Position numbers and translations under genes: made by a program. Of a stretch of 64,000 nt of DNA, positions 38,601 to 52,765 are shown piece by piece; position 1 is the first letter of the stretch; every line of letters begins with the position of its first letter. The notes under the pieces are model-generated. The model was not told where the DNA came from. It saw only the letters and a list, made by a program, of their open reading frames with translations, and did no database searches. The stretch is from Eledone cirrhosa. Its lineage: Eukaryota. The DNA lies in the NCBI GenBank assembly GCA_964016885.1, contig OZ024745.1, forward strand, positions 77,314,001 to 77,378,000, written 5' to 3'.

Positions 38601-38879
38601 TGTCTTTCTCTTTTGCTGGATTTTAGAGCTATGAGTGCTTCCCAACTGTTTGGTGATACACAAGAAGAAGGACATGTTTTTTTATGCCTGCAGTATATCA
38701 CATAATCGGGTTTTCATCTGAAGATATCGTTCCCATACCAACAAGAAATGCATATGTTACAACTTGGATTGCATAAGGGAACCATTGAAATAATTATAAT
38801 GAATAAATGATTTATGCAATATCAGCATCTTTTTTAATGTTATTCTTATTTATATATATATATATATACAATAGTACCT

Positions 38880-39700
38880 TAGGTGTGTGGTCCTCACTCA
38901 TCTATAGGACATGACCAACCCATCTAAGTTGTGATTACATCAGAAATGACTCAATCCCACCAATGCTGTACCTCATGAATAGATCGACATTGAAGACTCT
39001 GTCAGAAAGGCCATGACCACAGCTTGAACGTGTGTGTGATAAAGTGTCCATGACTCCAATCCATATAAGAGTGCTGTCAGTACCACTGCAATATAAACTG
39101 CAACTTTCATTTTCAGGGATATATCTCTGACACCTCATAGATTATGATGTAGTTTACCAAAGGCATCAGTTGCTTCGGAGACGCAATTAACGATCTCATC
39201 AACCAGGAATGTTGCCAAAATAAGCAAAGGAATTCACATACTTCAAATCCTTGCCATCAATAGTGATGGGAGTATGGGGATGCCCATGCCCTGGCTGACC
39301 TTGCCTGACATCTACTTATCTGGGTGTAGTTGACTTTGGTTGATTTACAATCTCAGTCATCTTAATGCTGATTGTTAAACAGGCAAGCGAAAAGTGGTTT
39401 ATCAATTTTTGTGCCTTTTCAAGGGTTATTGAACTAGTGAAGCATCATCAGCAAACAGTAAATCATGAATAGCTTTAAAGTGCTGATGATTGAACAATCT
39501 ACCTGATGTATGGAATTCAAATCTGCCACTAGTATCTAAGTCACCAAATGCATACAGGAACATTATAGAGAAGAACAAAGCAAAGAGAACAGGAACCATG
39601 ACATGACCCTGCTTTGTACCGATTGTGACATGAAAGGGTTTGGAGCATTTGCCATGCCCTTGTGATAATACATAACATTCAGCATATTGTCAGGTATTAG
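38880..39700 (-). mobile_element. Old BovB-like RTE RT remnant
   Basis: GTKQGHVMVPVLFALFFSIM...LLFADD motif with many disablements. Confidence 0.6.
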
Positions 39701-41984
39701 ATTATAGCTATTTGTATGTTACATGGGAAATTTACTCCCCCTCTCCATTGTTAAATTGTGCACTATTAATTAATCAATTTGCCCATGATGTTTAAACCTG
39801 TTCACCTGATATGTGAGTGATGCATGGTTCACTTCACTGCAGACATCTCTAACCACTTTTTCCTGTCTGCAACTATTATTATAGTTATTTGCATTGTAGC
39901 GACTATAATTTTATAATTTTTAATTTTGCAATGCTTCATAATTAATTGTTTACACTTTTAGATTCAGGCTTAAATCTTCTAAAACTACCGTATTTAGTGA
40001 TCCAGAGGTGGAGTGTAATGGCTAAATGTACTCACTGGTCATACAAGAGATACAGGCTTTGATTCTTCATAGGCATCTCTGTGATGAACTTGTTTCCCGT
40101 CTGCAGGGATACTTTACCAGATTTATTCAACTATTATTTATAGTTATCTGCTTTGTGGCAGCTATACTCAATGTTCAATTTTTCAAAATGCACCTTACAT
40201 ATGAAAATGATTTGGATGGAATCTTATATTTAACAGTTTTATTGACTTACATCAGCAAATGCAAAAGATTTTATGTTTTTTACATATTGTAAAGGGGAAT
40301 ATTTGTTCTCTTAGTGTAAGGCCACATAGCAGCTGCATACATTTTAAACTTGTCTTCTGACTTACAGCACTTATTCTACCTGTAGATGTATGTATGGGCT
40401 CATAACAATCATAGAGGTGCCATCGTGGGCATTTAAAAGCTGGTGGAGGCGATTCTTCTCCAAATCAGAACAATTGATTTCTTCCAGAGAAAGAGAGAGA
40501 GTGAGAAAGAGATATAGAGGAAGAATCAGCACCAGTACTGGGCTGGTACTTTTTTTTATCAGCTACGAAAGGATGAAAAGCAAAGCTGACCTCAGCAGAT
40601 TTGAACTGAGAATGTAGAGAGCTGTAACGAATATAACAAAGCATTCTATCCAATGTTCTAATAACTCTGCCAATTTGCTGCCTATTCTAGCAGTCCGAGC
40701 AACTACATACTAATTTTTTCATTGGTTTGACTGTGTTGTCTCTTGTTTACTTCAGAAATTATAGATCTATTTTCGATAGAAAGTGATTGATTAGACTAAT
40801 TTCAATGAAGTGACAATGAATACTATCATTTAACATGGTAAATCCTACAATTTTTTATTTATGAATTCTCATCATTGAGCACTCAATTCTGCTATCACTA
40901 TTCCGAAAGCAAAATGGTTTATAGCTGTATTGGAAATATTTATATATTTTCCATGCTGATTTGGTGTATTTTCTAACATCACTAGGAAAATTAGTCTATC
41001 TACATATATACTAACAAGCATTTTGTAAGTAGCTTTTGTGTCAACATCACAGCAGTAGTATTGAATGAACTCTGATGCAGATTAACAGATCTCAAATAGC
41101 AGTAAGATCAATATACATGCTGTGCGTCAGTAACTTGGGTCTATATGTATCACTCCCAAGCAAGAATATATTTTTAAATATATGTATTTTAGTGTATTGG
41201 TAGGGTGAAGGTAGACACACACACACACACTCATAAATATAAACTGTGAGGAAGAACATTTGCTTTTTCATTTAAGCATTAAACTAATCACATTTATTAT
41301 ACTGTATTCTCCATATTTACTTTTACTATTTTTTACTGTGGTTGACCTTGCTGTATATGTATATATATTATCATCTTCGTTTAACCATTTAGTATTTAAA
41401 CTGGCTATATGCATCCAGAATTCTCTCACCTCTTTTTGTTCAAACTGGCTGAAACCAGCTGCTCATCCAAGATTAAGGTATTATTCTCAAAATAAATTAT
41501 ATCAAAATCTCATAGATTCAATATTATGTGAGATAAAGCCATTACCATGAAAATACAATAGTATATATAGAGTAATGTGAATGCTTATCTTTCCCCACTT
41601 GCATGGGTTAGATGGGTTGTCACATTATGAAAGAAGTCAGGTCAGGTGACCACATCTTGCTCATAAGGATCTGGTTTCTATGGTTGGATGCCCTTCCTAA
41701 TACCAACCACATTAGTGTCACTGGGTTCATTTTTATTGTAGCTCCAAAATGACTATCCTTTAACATTTAAACCAGCTGTAAATGGCCAAAATTCTCTCAC
41801 CTCTTTTTGTTCAAACTGGCTGTAACAAGCCACTCATACTCATGTTAAGGTATTGTTCTCAAAATAAATAATATCAAAATCTAATAGATTCGATACTATG
41901 TGGGATAATTATGTGAGGTAAAGCCTTTACCATGAAAATATGGTAGTAAATATAGAATAATGTAAATGCTAAAGGGTTAATTAT

Positions 41985-43370
41985 AGAGGGATTTCCTTGT
42001 TAAGCCTTCCCGGTAAAGCCAATGCTAAGTAGGGTGATTATTGAATCCAAGCTAGCTGATAAAAAGTGTGGTTTCCACCCCAAACACAGCACAGCTGACC
42101 AAATATTCATACTGCTGCAGATTTTTGAGAAATTGTAGGAGTACTGCCAGCAGGTGTATTCTTGTTTTGTAGACCTTGAAAAGGCATATGACCATGTTAT
42201 ACGGGTCCTGCTGTGGAAGGATCTGCAGGAGTATAGGATTGATGGACAGCTTCTGTTGCCCTGATGTCTCTATACAACTGCCTTAGTATTTGTGTTCGGA
42301 TAAATTGTACTAAATCAAAACCATTCAACATGTGAGTCGGACTCTGCCAAGGGTGTGTACTGTCACTTTTCCTGTTCATAATCTTCATGAACAGGATTGA
42401 CATTTGCAGCTGGGTTGGAAGTGGTACCACAACTGGTGGATGTAGGATCAGTAGGGTGGAATTTGCAGATAACATGGTATTATTTAACTCGGTGAATTGG
42501 CAGTGTCGGTAGAGGGTTAGCATAGTTATGTCCCTTTACGGTCTGAATTCAAATCCCATCGAGGTTAACTTTGCCTTTCATCCTTATGGGGTTGATAAAA
42601 TAAAGTACCAGTAATGTACAGGGTAATTGTTTCTACTTGTGCCAAAAGTAAAAATAATTATTTAACTCATCAGGTGATCTCCGACTTGCACTTGATAGCT
42701 AGATGTCGAGTGCTGCACAGCTGGAGTGAAAATCAGTGCTGCGAAGATTGAGACACCCGTCCACTCAAGCAAGCTTGCACAGAGCACTCTATATGAGTGG
42801 AGTGAGTTCCACTGAAGCAGGTGAAGAAGTTCAACTATCTCGGGGCCGTGTTCACAATTGATAGAAGGCAGGAGGCTGAAGTAAGTGCAAGAATTGCAGG
42901 AGCTCGTGCAATAATGTGCCAGCTTCAGCATTCAGTCATAAGAGGAAGGGAGGTAAGTATAAAAGCCACACTCACTATATGTACCAACCCTTACCTATGG
43001 TCATGTATCTTGGATAATGACTGAAATAGGGTTCCTCTGAAGGGCCTTGGAAGTAACATTACTTGTTAGAATGCATCGCTCAGAGTTCAGAGAGTCGCTC
43101 CACGTAAAACTGCAACGCTCCAAATTGAGAAATCACAGCTCTGATACTACAGGCATGTGGTTAGAATGTCTCAGGAAAGAATTGCTGGACAGATTTTATG
43201 GGTAAAACCAGTTGGCAGGAGATCCAGAGTAAGATGATTGGATAACATCCATGAACTTGGCTTGGCTGGTCTGGGAATCCAGCCAGATCAGTTGGAGACT
43301 GCTCCTCCTGACAGGACCCGTTGGAAGGCATGTTTGAGGACACAACCTTCCCAGGAATTAGTGGGTGAAA
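41985..43370 (+). mobile_element. Degenerate Expander/Rex3-like RTE LINE with a family B SINE insertion (~42490-42662)
   Basis: NYRGISLLSLPGK, CFVDLEKAYD, GLCQGCVLS, KKFNYLGAVF. Confidence 0.85.
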
Positions 43371-46300
43371 AAAAAAAAAAAAAGAACTGTTTTACTGCAA
43401 GATAGTAAAGACAAATATGATTACACGAATTCTTAAATTCGATGACGAATACCATGAACAAATAATTTGATCCTATTTAAGGCGTGGTTTTCAGTCAAAA
43501 TCTATATTTGATTATATTCTTTTCATAACCTAAGCTACATAAATCACCAATGAGTTGTATGTGAAATTGTTTATCAATGATTTTCCGAAAACAAACGAAA
43601 CACCATGCAGAAGCCAATTGTATATTTGAACTTTCACGTTATTTTAACAACATTATGACTTTTTGTTTAAGAAAATATTTCTGTTTTGGAGAGCAGGAAA
43701 TAAATGTTTTTTTTTACTGTTAGCTAAATGATTCTTAAGAATCAGCTTTTTGTTTTGTTTTTGTCCAACCAAAGAGAAAAACTATTAGGATTTTCGTATA
43801 TGTATAATGCAATGCGGCATTAGTGAATCCTCTGGATCTCTTGAAGTTTGAAACATGCAGTTATTTCTTTCGCATCAAAATATGACAAAAGCTAATTTTT
43901 GTTGATTGTCGAGACGATTGCGAAAAATTTGAATCTTCGGAAAACCAAAGGGACTCTTTTTATTTCTTTTTGCAGTCTGTAAATTAAATAGACAACACAA
44001 ATTCTGGACGATCTTCATGATTAATGCTGCTAAATATAATATTCAAGAGCACGACTATAGATAACTTTGATTATTTACAATAAATTGGTACCAAATATAT
44101 ATATATATATATAGTAGTAACTGACAGGGTATAAAGATCAAATAATTAACAACTGTGCACAGAAAACTGCGGTATCTAGAGTTACAGAACTAAAAACGGC
44201 AATAGCCGAAACTATGTTCCAGAACATAAGAAATAACAGCACAGAAGACGCTAACTTAAAATTTGATACAACGTCTCCATTAACTAAATTAACTTACTTC
44301 TGGTTAATTAGTTGGATGAAATTACTAAATGGAAATTGTTCTTTGCCAAAAAGCTGTGTGCTAAAAACAACACAAGAATGACAGTCGCTGGCGCTCTCTA
44401 AAGATTGAAGGCGAAATGCTAGAGAGTAACAGGAAAGCAAAATAAAATAAAATAAAATAAAATAAAATAAAAAATAAATAACCGAAAGCGGTGCTACTAA
44501 GAGAAACAATTCTAGTGTTGATACTTCTGGAGATAGTGGTATTTAACTGCTGGCTCATTTTCCCCACTAGAAACTACCCTGGCATCCAAGGTAGGTTTTC
44601 TTATACTAATTCAGATATCAGCGTTGCTTTGTTTTATATATTTTCTTCCTGTGTGTGTGCGTCGTTGATAAAATAAAATAAAATAAAATAAAACATATTC
44701 TAAACTAACACTACTTGAATATTTCAAATCTATCACTGTGCGAACCACCAATTTCAAAACATCTATTTTCCATGCATGATTAGATTGCTTTTGAGTTAAA
44801 GATGACTGTTTCCTTTAAACTTTTCTATCAATAGGTCTAAATTACATAATTATATGATACTTAAGTTAGTCGGTGACACGCCTCTTTAAAGCCGCTTTTA
44901 TGGTAATTATTAGTCAAAATATATTGTCAGTGTGTTTTCTGTATTTGTGGTGAATAATAATATGACTATTACTGATATTAAATCTAAAGCTTAACATTTA
45001 CGATGAACTAAATGTCAATTCCCAATCGATAAAATTAAGAAAATTACAAAAATTCCTGAATACAAGTGAAAACTGTTTTATCTTTCATATTTCTTATAGA
45101 TTACAAATACTTTATACTCTAGATATTTTCTGTACACCACATCTTTCCTCATATATAGTTTCAGCTTTTTTATTATATGAAATTGAGAAAGATAATCGAT
45201 ATAATCTTTTTTTCATAATGTAAACACAACACATCTTTATACATACTTAAACACGTTTTACAATTAAACCACTCACGAAAAATACTTGTTACTCTTAACA
45301 CTAAATATAAACCACTTAAACTTCCTTAATTATGCCGGTATTCTTAAATTAGATAAATATATTGTAAAGTTTCATTTAAAACTGCTATTCATGTTTTGTT
45401 CTCATTACTGTTTGCATAATTTTAGAATAACTAACGATGTTTATTAACATTATTTATTTTCCTCGTCATCAGAATTCTTGATTTATTCAGAATTTCTGCT
45501 ATATTGTGAATAGCAAAGTAGTTAATTCAATTCAATGATTCTCATTTACATTCAGTAATAATATCGGTTAATTATTTTACCGAGCCAATTCATTCAAAGC
45601 CTTAATCTCTTTTCTTTTTTTAATATATACATAATCTGCTTGATACAATGCGCGCGATTATAAGGCAGTACACGTGAATGTACTCTAAGCTAAAAATGTA
45701 CAAATTTATTTGGTTTATATAGTTTTATTTCTTTATTTAGAAAAGAATGAAAGAATGGATGAATGATATTTTTTTTTAAACAAAACTTATTACTGATTAT
45801 TCCAGATTATTTAGTTGCCGTCTAAAATGCATGTCGCCTCGCTCGTCATACTGAGTTGAACTTAATAATTAAGCAAGCCCTAACCAGAGACAATATCTCT
45901 CAATTCTGGAGCCAGCCGAATTGTCTGGGGTTGACAGGAAAGGTTGAGACGGTCTTGTCCTTTGCCCTTCTATTAGAAGTAGATATATGATTTGGGACGT
46001 CATATATAGCGTCTCTTTTGTCCCCTTTTAGACCTCTTGAATGTTGCGGCGAAAGGTAAGGACCACCGAACCATAGCTAAACGGAATAAAATTCTGAAAT
46101 ACCAGGAATTACCCTCAAACTATTTTTTTTTTCAGCTAGTGCGTTCAGGGGGGTTTGAGTATACTGATAAGGTTCTTGTCATTGTTGGTGGCCAGCCTTA
46201 CTGACGCATCAGGTGATGTTCGCGAGATTGTTATTCCAACGCCTTAACCTCGCTATAACCCGCGGCAATCCTGTGAGTGCCTTGGCTTGCCACAAAAATT

Positions 46301-46517
46301 ATCAGAGGGAAACTCCAGTGACACCTGTTGTTGGGGTCTAATTGAGTGTGCATATCTTACTCCTCTTTTTTCCTTGCCCTTCGTTTTCTTTTTTTTGATT
46401 ACTTCATTCGAATTGTTAATTCGCTGGACACGCACACATATACACAACATTATCGGGGGGTGTTGGAAAGTTCGGTGCCTCACAATCACTACTAGTTTCA
46501 TCCCAAGTAGTTGTACA

Positions 46518-46541
46518 TACACACACATGTATATATACATA

Positions 46542-46603
<62 letters not shown>

Positions 46604-46644
46604 AATATATATATATATATACACAAATATATATATATATATAC

Positions 46645-46685
<41 letters not shown>

Positions 46686-46722
46686 TATATATATATATAC
46701 ACAAATATATATATATATATAC

Positions 46723-46821
<99 letters not shown>

Positions 46822-46971
46822 TATATATATATACACACACATATATATATATACACACAAATATATATATATATATACAAATATATATATAATATATATA
46901 TACACAAATATATATATATATATATACACATATATATATATATACACAAATATATATATATATATATATAC

Positions 46972-47002
<31 letters not shown>

Positions 47003-47091
47003 CAAATATATATATATATATATATATATACACAAATATATAATATATATATATATATATATATACAAATAATATATATATATATATATAT

Positions 47092-47126
<35 letters not shown>

Positions 47127-47191
47127 AATATATATATATATATATACACACATATATATATATATATATATACACATATATATATATATAT

Positions 47192-47228
<37 letters not shown>

Positions 47229-47320
47229 AATATATATATATATATACACATATATATATATATATATATACACACACAAATATATATATACATACATACA
47301 CACAGATATATACATGCATT
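46518..47320. repeat. ~800-bp compound (TA)n microsatellite punctuated by CACAAA/CACA
   Basis: Directly visible; generates the spurious 200-350 aa YI-repeat ORFs. Confidence 0.97.
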
Positions 47321-48089
47321 ATATATGTGCGTGCATATACTGAACTGATTGTGTTGTTATTTCTGTTTACCTTTTACATATATATATATCAGGCATTTTT
47401 GTTTCCACCCTTTATCCTTTTGGTAATACATAATGAGTATATAATTTCTTTCACCTTTTTTCTACCCGTATCTGACAATTCTAGTCTAGCCAGCACTGTA
47501 AGTGAATATGGTTCAGTGAGGAGATGTAATAAGGTTGAAACATGTCGGATGATTTAACCAAGTAGGCTTATATATTAGTTCCATTCACACTGCATTGTTT
47601 TAAATTGTTCGAAAAGACTTGGACTAGCTCAAGCCTTAAGAGTTCTTTCCCTTGTCTGCTTCATTACTTGAACCCTTATGGGAATTTCTGACTTGAAATT
47701 GTGAGAATACTTTTTCCTCACTTAGCATATGTTTGTATGTATGTATGCATGTGTATATTCATATATATATATATGTTGAGTCCACACTGTAAAGTGGTCA
47801 TGTAGGTGTCATGACAAAAAGTGCCCACTCCACACTGTAAAGTGGTCATGTATCTGACATGACAAAAAGCACCAGTCCACATTGTGAAGTGGTTGTGTAG
47901 GCGTCATGACAAAAAGCACCAAGTACTCACTGTAACTGTGGTTGACGTTAGGGAGGGCATCCAGCCATAAAAACCAAGCCTAAATCAGTTGTGTGTGAGC
48001 AAAACACTGACCCTGACCTGATCTCTCACAAAGGGACAGATCATCCTACCTATGCTAACGTGGAAAATGGGCGTTAAATGGTGATGATG

Positions 48090-48287
48090 TATAAATACCT
48101 ACGTAGTTGACGGATGAGAGCAAAGGGGAAGTAGTTTAACTATTCATTTATTATGGCTAAGTAGTGAGTCTTGTTACTCTGGAGGTTCACCTGCGCACTT
48201 GCAGGATCATCAGACAAGTTGATTCTGCGAGTGCACAGGTGAAAACTCCAGAGTAACAAGACTCACTACTTAGCCATAATAAATGAA
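48090..48287 (-). mobile_element. Fold-back palindrome (~67-bp arms, 10-nt loop) plus ~50-nt left tail, abutting A/(TA)n/(TC)n
   Basis: 48143-48209 is the reverse complement of 48220-48287 with a few mismatches. Confidence 0.6.
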
Positions 48288-48314
48288 GAAAAAAAAAATA
48301 TATATATATACACA

Positions 48315-48456
<142 letters not shown>

Positions 48457-48995
48457 CAATAAAAATAGACGGTAGCCATGGAGTAGGCAGACCCAGAAAA
48501 ACCTGGACGACCTGATAAATTCCGACCTCACACACTTACACCTCTCCAAGACAATGTCACTGGACCGAGATCTTTGGCGCTACACAGTAATACAGAAGAC
48601 CCGCCTTACCTAAGTACAAAGTGAAACCTACTACAGTCAGTAGGCACCTCTAACAAAAATACACCCCGTCTCATTACCCCCACCCCATCCACACCACCCC
48701 TTTTAATGTAAAGTTATGTTGGTACCACAACATCCAGTCCGAAACAAATGAGGTCGTGTAGGTGTCGCGACAAAAAAAAACACACAGTCCACGCTGTAAT
48801 GTGGCCGTGTAGGTAACACGGTAAAAACCTCCCAGTCCACACTGTAAACGTGGTTGGTGTTAGGAAGGGCATCCAGCCGTAGAAAACCCACCAGACAGTC
48901 CTATACGAGCAAGACAACCACTCTTGCCTCAAGTGGGAAAACTCCCGCCCAAACCCATGCAAGCGTGGAAGATGGACGTTAAACGATGATGATGA
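48457..48995 (+). mobile_element. Young RTE LINE 3' end (single 3' UTR unit)
   Basis: Matches 55045-55708; (GAT)n tail; starts in (TA)n. Confidence 0.88.
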
Positions 48996-49659
48996 TACAG
49001 ATACACACATTACATATGCACACACATATACATGTCACAAACTGTGTCATCTTGGCATAGTTGGAAAACTAGGAAAGTGACTGCGTGACTTCTTAAAAGA
49101 GAGAAATGAAGCTGTCACAGCCAGAGTCCGTGAGGAGCCTTGTGGCTACTGCTGTTTATGGTGTCTCTCTCAGATATACCGTCAGTAGTATAGACAACAG
49201 CTCTAACAAGTAGGACAGGCAATCAACAACTTGGCTGATGCTACTCTCTTACAAGATGATGTATACAAACGGGCTGAGGTCAACAATATGCAGTTTAATG
49301 CCAGAAATATATATATTGATATACTGTGATATACATTTGGAAGATCTTGGAAAGGTTAGCATCAATCTTTGTCATTGAGAGCTGGACCAACCCTGAATAG
49401 GATGTCACTGTATCATGCCAAAGGTCTTGTCTTCCACATTCACAGTAAGGAACAAGATACTGTAAAAGTTTTGGATTCATGTGTCCTCAGCTCTTTAATA
49501 CGCTGCCCCCCCCCCCCCCTGAGATGTACATAGCGTGGATGTAGATGTTTTCAATAAGTATCATTTCTCTGATGGAACAAGAATTCTGTCTTCCCACTTA
49601 CTAAAAGTTTGGTCTTTGCTAAGTTTATCCTGATTCCTTTTGATTCTAAGTTCTGTATC

Positions 49660-51745
49660 CACAGTAGGAATTTTTTTTCTAACTCTTCCACAGATTCAGC
49701 AATAAGAGCCAAGTTGTCAGCATACTGAAGTTCCCATGGGCAGCCAGTCTTAACCTTCTCTGTTATGGCCTAGAGGACTGTAATAAACAGAAGTAGGCTG
49801 AGGACTGAGCCCTGATAAACTCCCTACTTGCATATTGAATTCCTCACTAAACTCATCACCTACTCTCACTTTGCTGACATCATTTCGATACATGGCTTGC
49901 ACTGCTCTTACTAGTCCCTCATCTACATATAATTCCCTTAAGGACCAGCAGATAACAGATTGTGATACTTAAAAGCCAGATATACTGGCTAACTCTTTGC
50001 TAGAAATTTCTCTTATAGTTTTCTCACTAGGAAGAAAGCATCTGTGGTGATCCTTTCTGACACAAAAATAAACTGCATTTCATCTAATTTGACTCTTTCT
50101 TTAATTAGTTGTGCTAACACTTTCTCTGTCACTTTCATGAGTTGGTCCATCAATTTTATGCCTTTGTAATTGCTCCTGTCTAGAGTATCCCCTTTCCCAC
50201 TTAACAATTAAGAATTATACTGCCACACCAGTCATGAGGTGTAATACCTGATAGACTATGCAGGTTGACTAGCTTGATACTTACTTTACCAGATGATTTC
50301 AGCATCTTAGAAACTACGAGTAATAGAAGGCAGGTGGTTTAATTAAATGCAAGAATTGCTGCAGCTGGTGCAGTAATGCGCCAGCTTCAGCACCAAGCCA
50401 TCAAAAGAAGAGATGTAGGTATAAAAGCCAAGCTCACTACCTTCAATTACTATTTCTGCCTACCCTAACCAAAATGTAATGACCAAAAAATATGATTGTG
50501 AATACAAGCAGCCAAAATAGGGTTCCTCTAAGGGGTCTTTGGGAGGGTGCATCTCTTGGAAATCAATGAGTCACTCCATGTAGAGCCAGTACCTCTCTGA
50601 ATCGAGAGAAATTAGCTCTGGTACTATGGACATGTGGTTAGAATATCTAAGGAAAGAATCTTCTTCTTTGCCCACTTATTCCTACTTTCAACCACTTTAC
50701 ATGCTATATAAATCTGACATGTAGCTTTTCTTTTAGCTACTTGATATTGTTATTTGCTGCCTCTATGTTTTTACTTCTTCCATGACTGTTTCTTAGATTC
50801 AATGGCTCTGTCTACAGTGCTGTTCCACCACTAATTCACCCTCTGTCCGATTGGAACCTTTCTCCAGTCACTGGTCTCACCAGTAACTTGCAGTTGAAAC
50901 TTCCAAGTCTCCTCATTGTCATATGTGTCTATCACCTACCTCTTGTTGTAATTGTCATGTAGAGCTTTTTTCTGAATCTAGATTTATTAGAAGCTTATTA
51001 GCTTCCATACTCTCTTTCTCCAGTTTTTTTCTGCATTTCTTATTTCATCTTGTTGTTTGTCTGATGTCACTGATAACTAACTTAGGTTGGATTGGGGATG
51101 TAATCTTCTTCGTGAAAGGACTTAGCATTCATGACCAGCTGTCTATCCGTTTTTTTGAATAAGCAACAGATTGATCTGGCTTGTGTGTTCACCTGATTGG
51201 TAGGTGATCAAGTGGTTGGCTGGTTTCTTGAAGTTAGTGTTGCAAATAGTTAGGCATTTTACATTGCAAAATTCTAGGAGCCTTTCCCCCTCATCATTTC
51301 TCAAGCCATATCCATGATAACTGCTCTAAAAAGCAGCCATTCTGGTGTTGAATGTCCATTGAAATCACGAGCCAAGATGGTGAAGTCACTGTCTTGTGTT
51401 ATTGAAGTCATCTGTATGATGAAATGGTTCTTTAGTTCTTTACTTAGTGGCACATATTTAAAGATAATCATTGTTGCTCTATTGCCTATTGATATTCTGA
51501 ACTTGATAATTCTGTCCTTTTCTAACTACTGTAGTCCACTTTTCAGCTGGTGAAATACCTACTCTACCCATACTATCCTCATTTCCTACCAAGGAAAGTT
51601 TATATCCATGATGTTTACCTGTGAGGAGTCGAGCTGAGGCTCCTCTCCAACTTCTTGAATATAGCACACATCTATTTCGCTTCTGCTCAAGCATCATCAC
51701 AATTTCCCTGGATCTACCTTTCAGTGTGGCAGCCCAGAACTGTGT
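49660..51745 (-). mobile_element. Degenerate RTE LINE (APE plus RT) interrupted by an opposite-strand Expander-like fragment (~50330-50680)
   Basis: GKGDTLDRSNYKGIKLMDQLMKVTEKVLAQLIKERVKLDEMQF and other RTE motifs. Confidence 0.8.
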
Positions 51746-52560
51746 TCCCTGTCAGTGGTGGTTGGGTCATGTTTGTGGTATCAGCTTTCTGTACCGGAAA
51801 GGAAATGTGTGTGTGTGTGCAATCACTTAATGATTGTTGAGGGGTTTTCACACATAACTATGTCAGCTACCACACTTCCACCTACAACATTGATATGCTA
51901 CAATAAAATGTACTTTGGAGAGTATGTGATTGTATGTCAATCCCCCAGTCTTTCAGAGTAATTGGTAGAACATGGGAACATATTTAAGCAGAATGTGGGC
52001 CATCTAACCCACCATGAGGTTAATGGCTCTGCTTGAGTACTGACTGGTCTACAACAATACATACAACTCTTGCAAGCAGGTAAAATATGTATTAAATGAT
52101 GATGATTATATATATATGTGTGTGTATGTAAAAGGTAAACAGAAATAACAAAAATAACAAAACAAGCAACACAGTATATGGAAGGAATATATTAGTTTAA
52201 TGCTTGAACTAGCAGGAAGAGAGTCTTAATGTTTTGGATGCTAGTCCTTCATCAGATAAATATATATATATATATATATATATTTATTAAAATAACAGAT
52301 TAAAGTTTAAGCAAAGAATCGCTGCTTTCACCCTTAACAGGATCTTCTGAAACTAAAAAAATCAATCTGTGAACGCAGAAGTAAATATTTTGAAAAATGT
52401 TGCAACCAAAGGAAAACAGGAAGATGATACTTTGGTTCGTGAAGACATTCCCTGTGAATGAACCGAAAAAAGCGAAGATAATACATCGTTATGTGGACCG
52501 ATGAGAACAAATACACGCAAAGACAAAACCATATTTATGGTATTATTATTACTATATATA

Positions 52561-52725
52561 GAGGATCGGACGCCATGCTTTCCAGCATAGTTACGTCCCT
52601 TTACGATCTGAGTTCAAATCCCGCCGATGTTGATTTTGCCTCTCATCCTTACGGGGTCGATAGAATAAAGTACCAGTAATGCACTGGGTAATTGCTGGCC
52701 TTGTGCCTAAAGTAGAAACAATTAT

Positions 52726-52726
<1 letters not shown>
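52561..52726 (+). mobile_element. SINE family B, slightly 5' truncated
   Basis: Matches 33365-33532. Confidence 0.85.

Positions 52727-52759
<33 letters not shown>

Positions 52760-52765
<6 letters not shown>

Noticed and set aside
46253-47557. Long ORFs of 201-348 aa (YI/IY repeats)
   Set aside because: Translation of the (TA)n/(CA)n microsatellite, which lacks stop codons; not genes.
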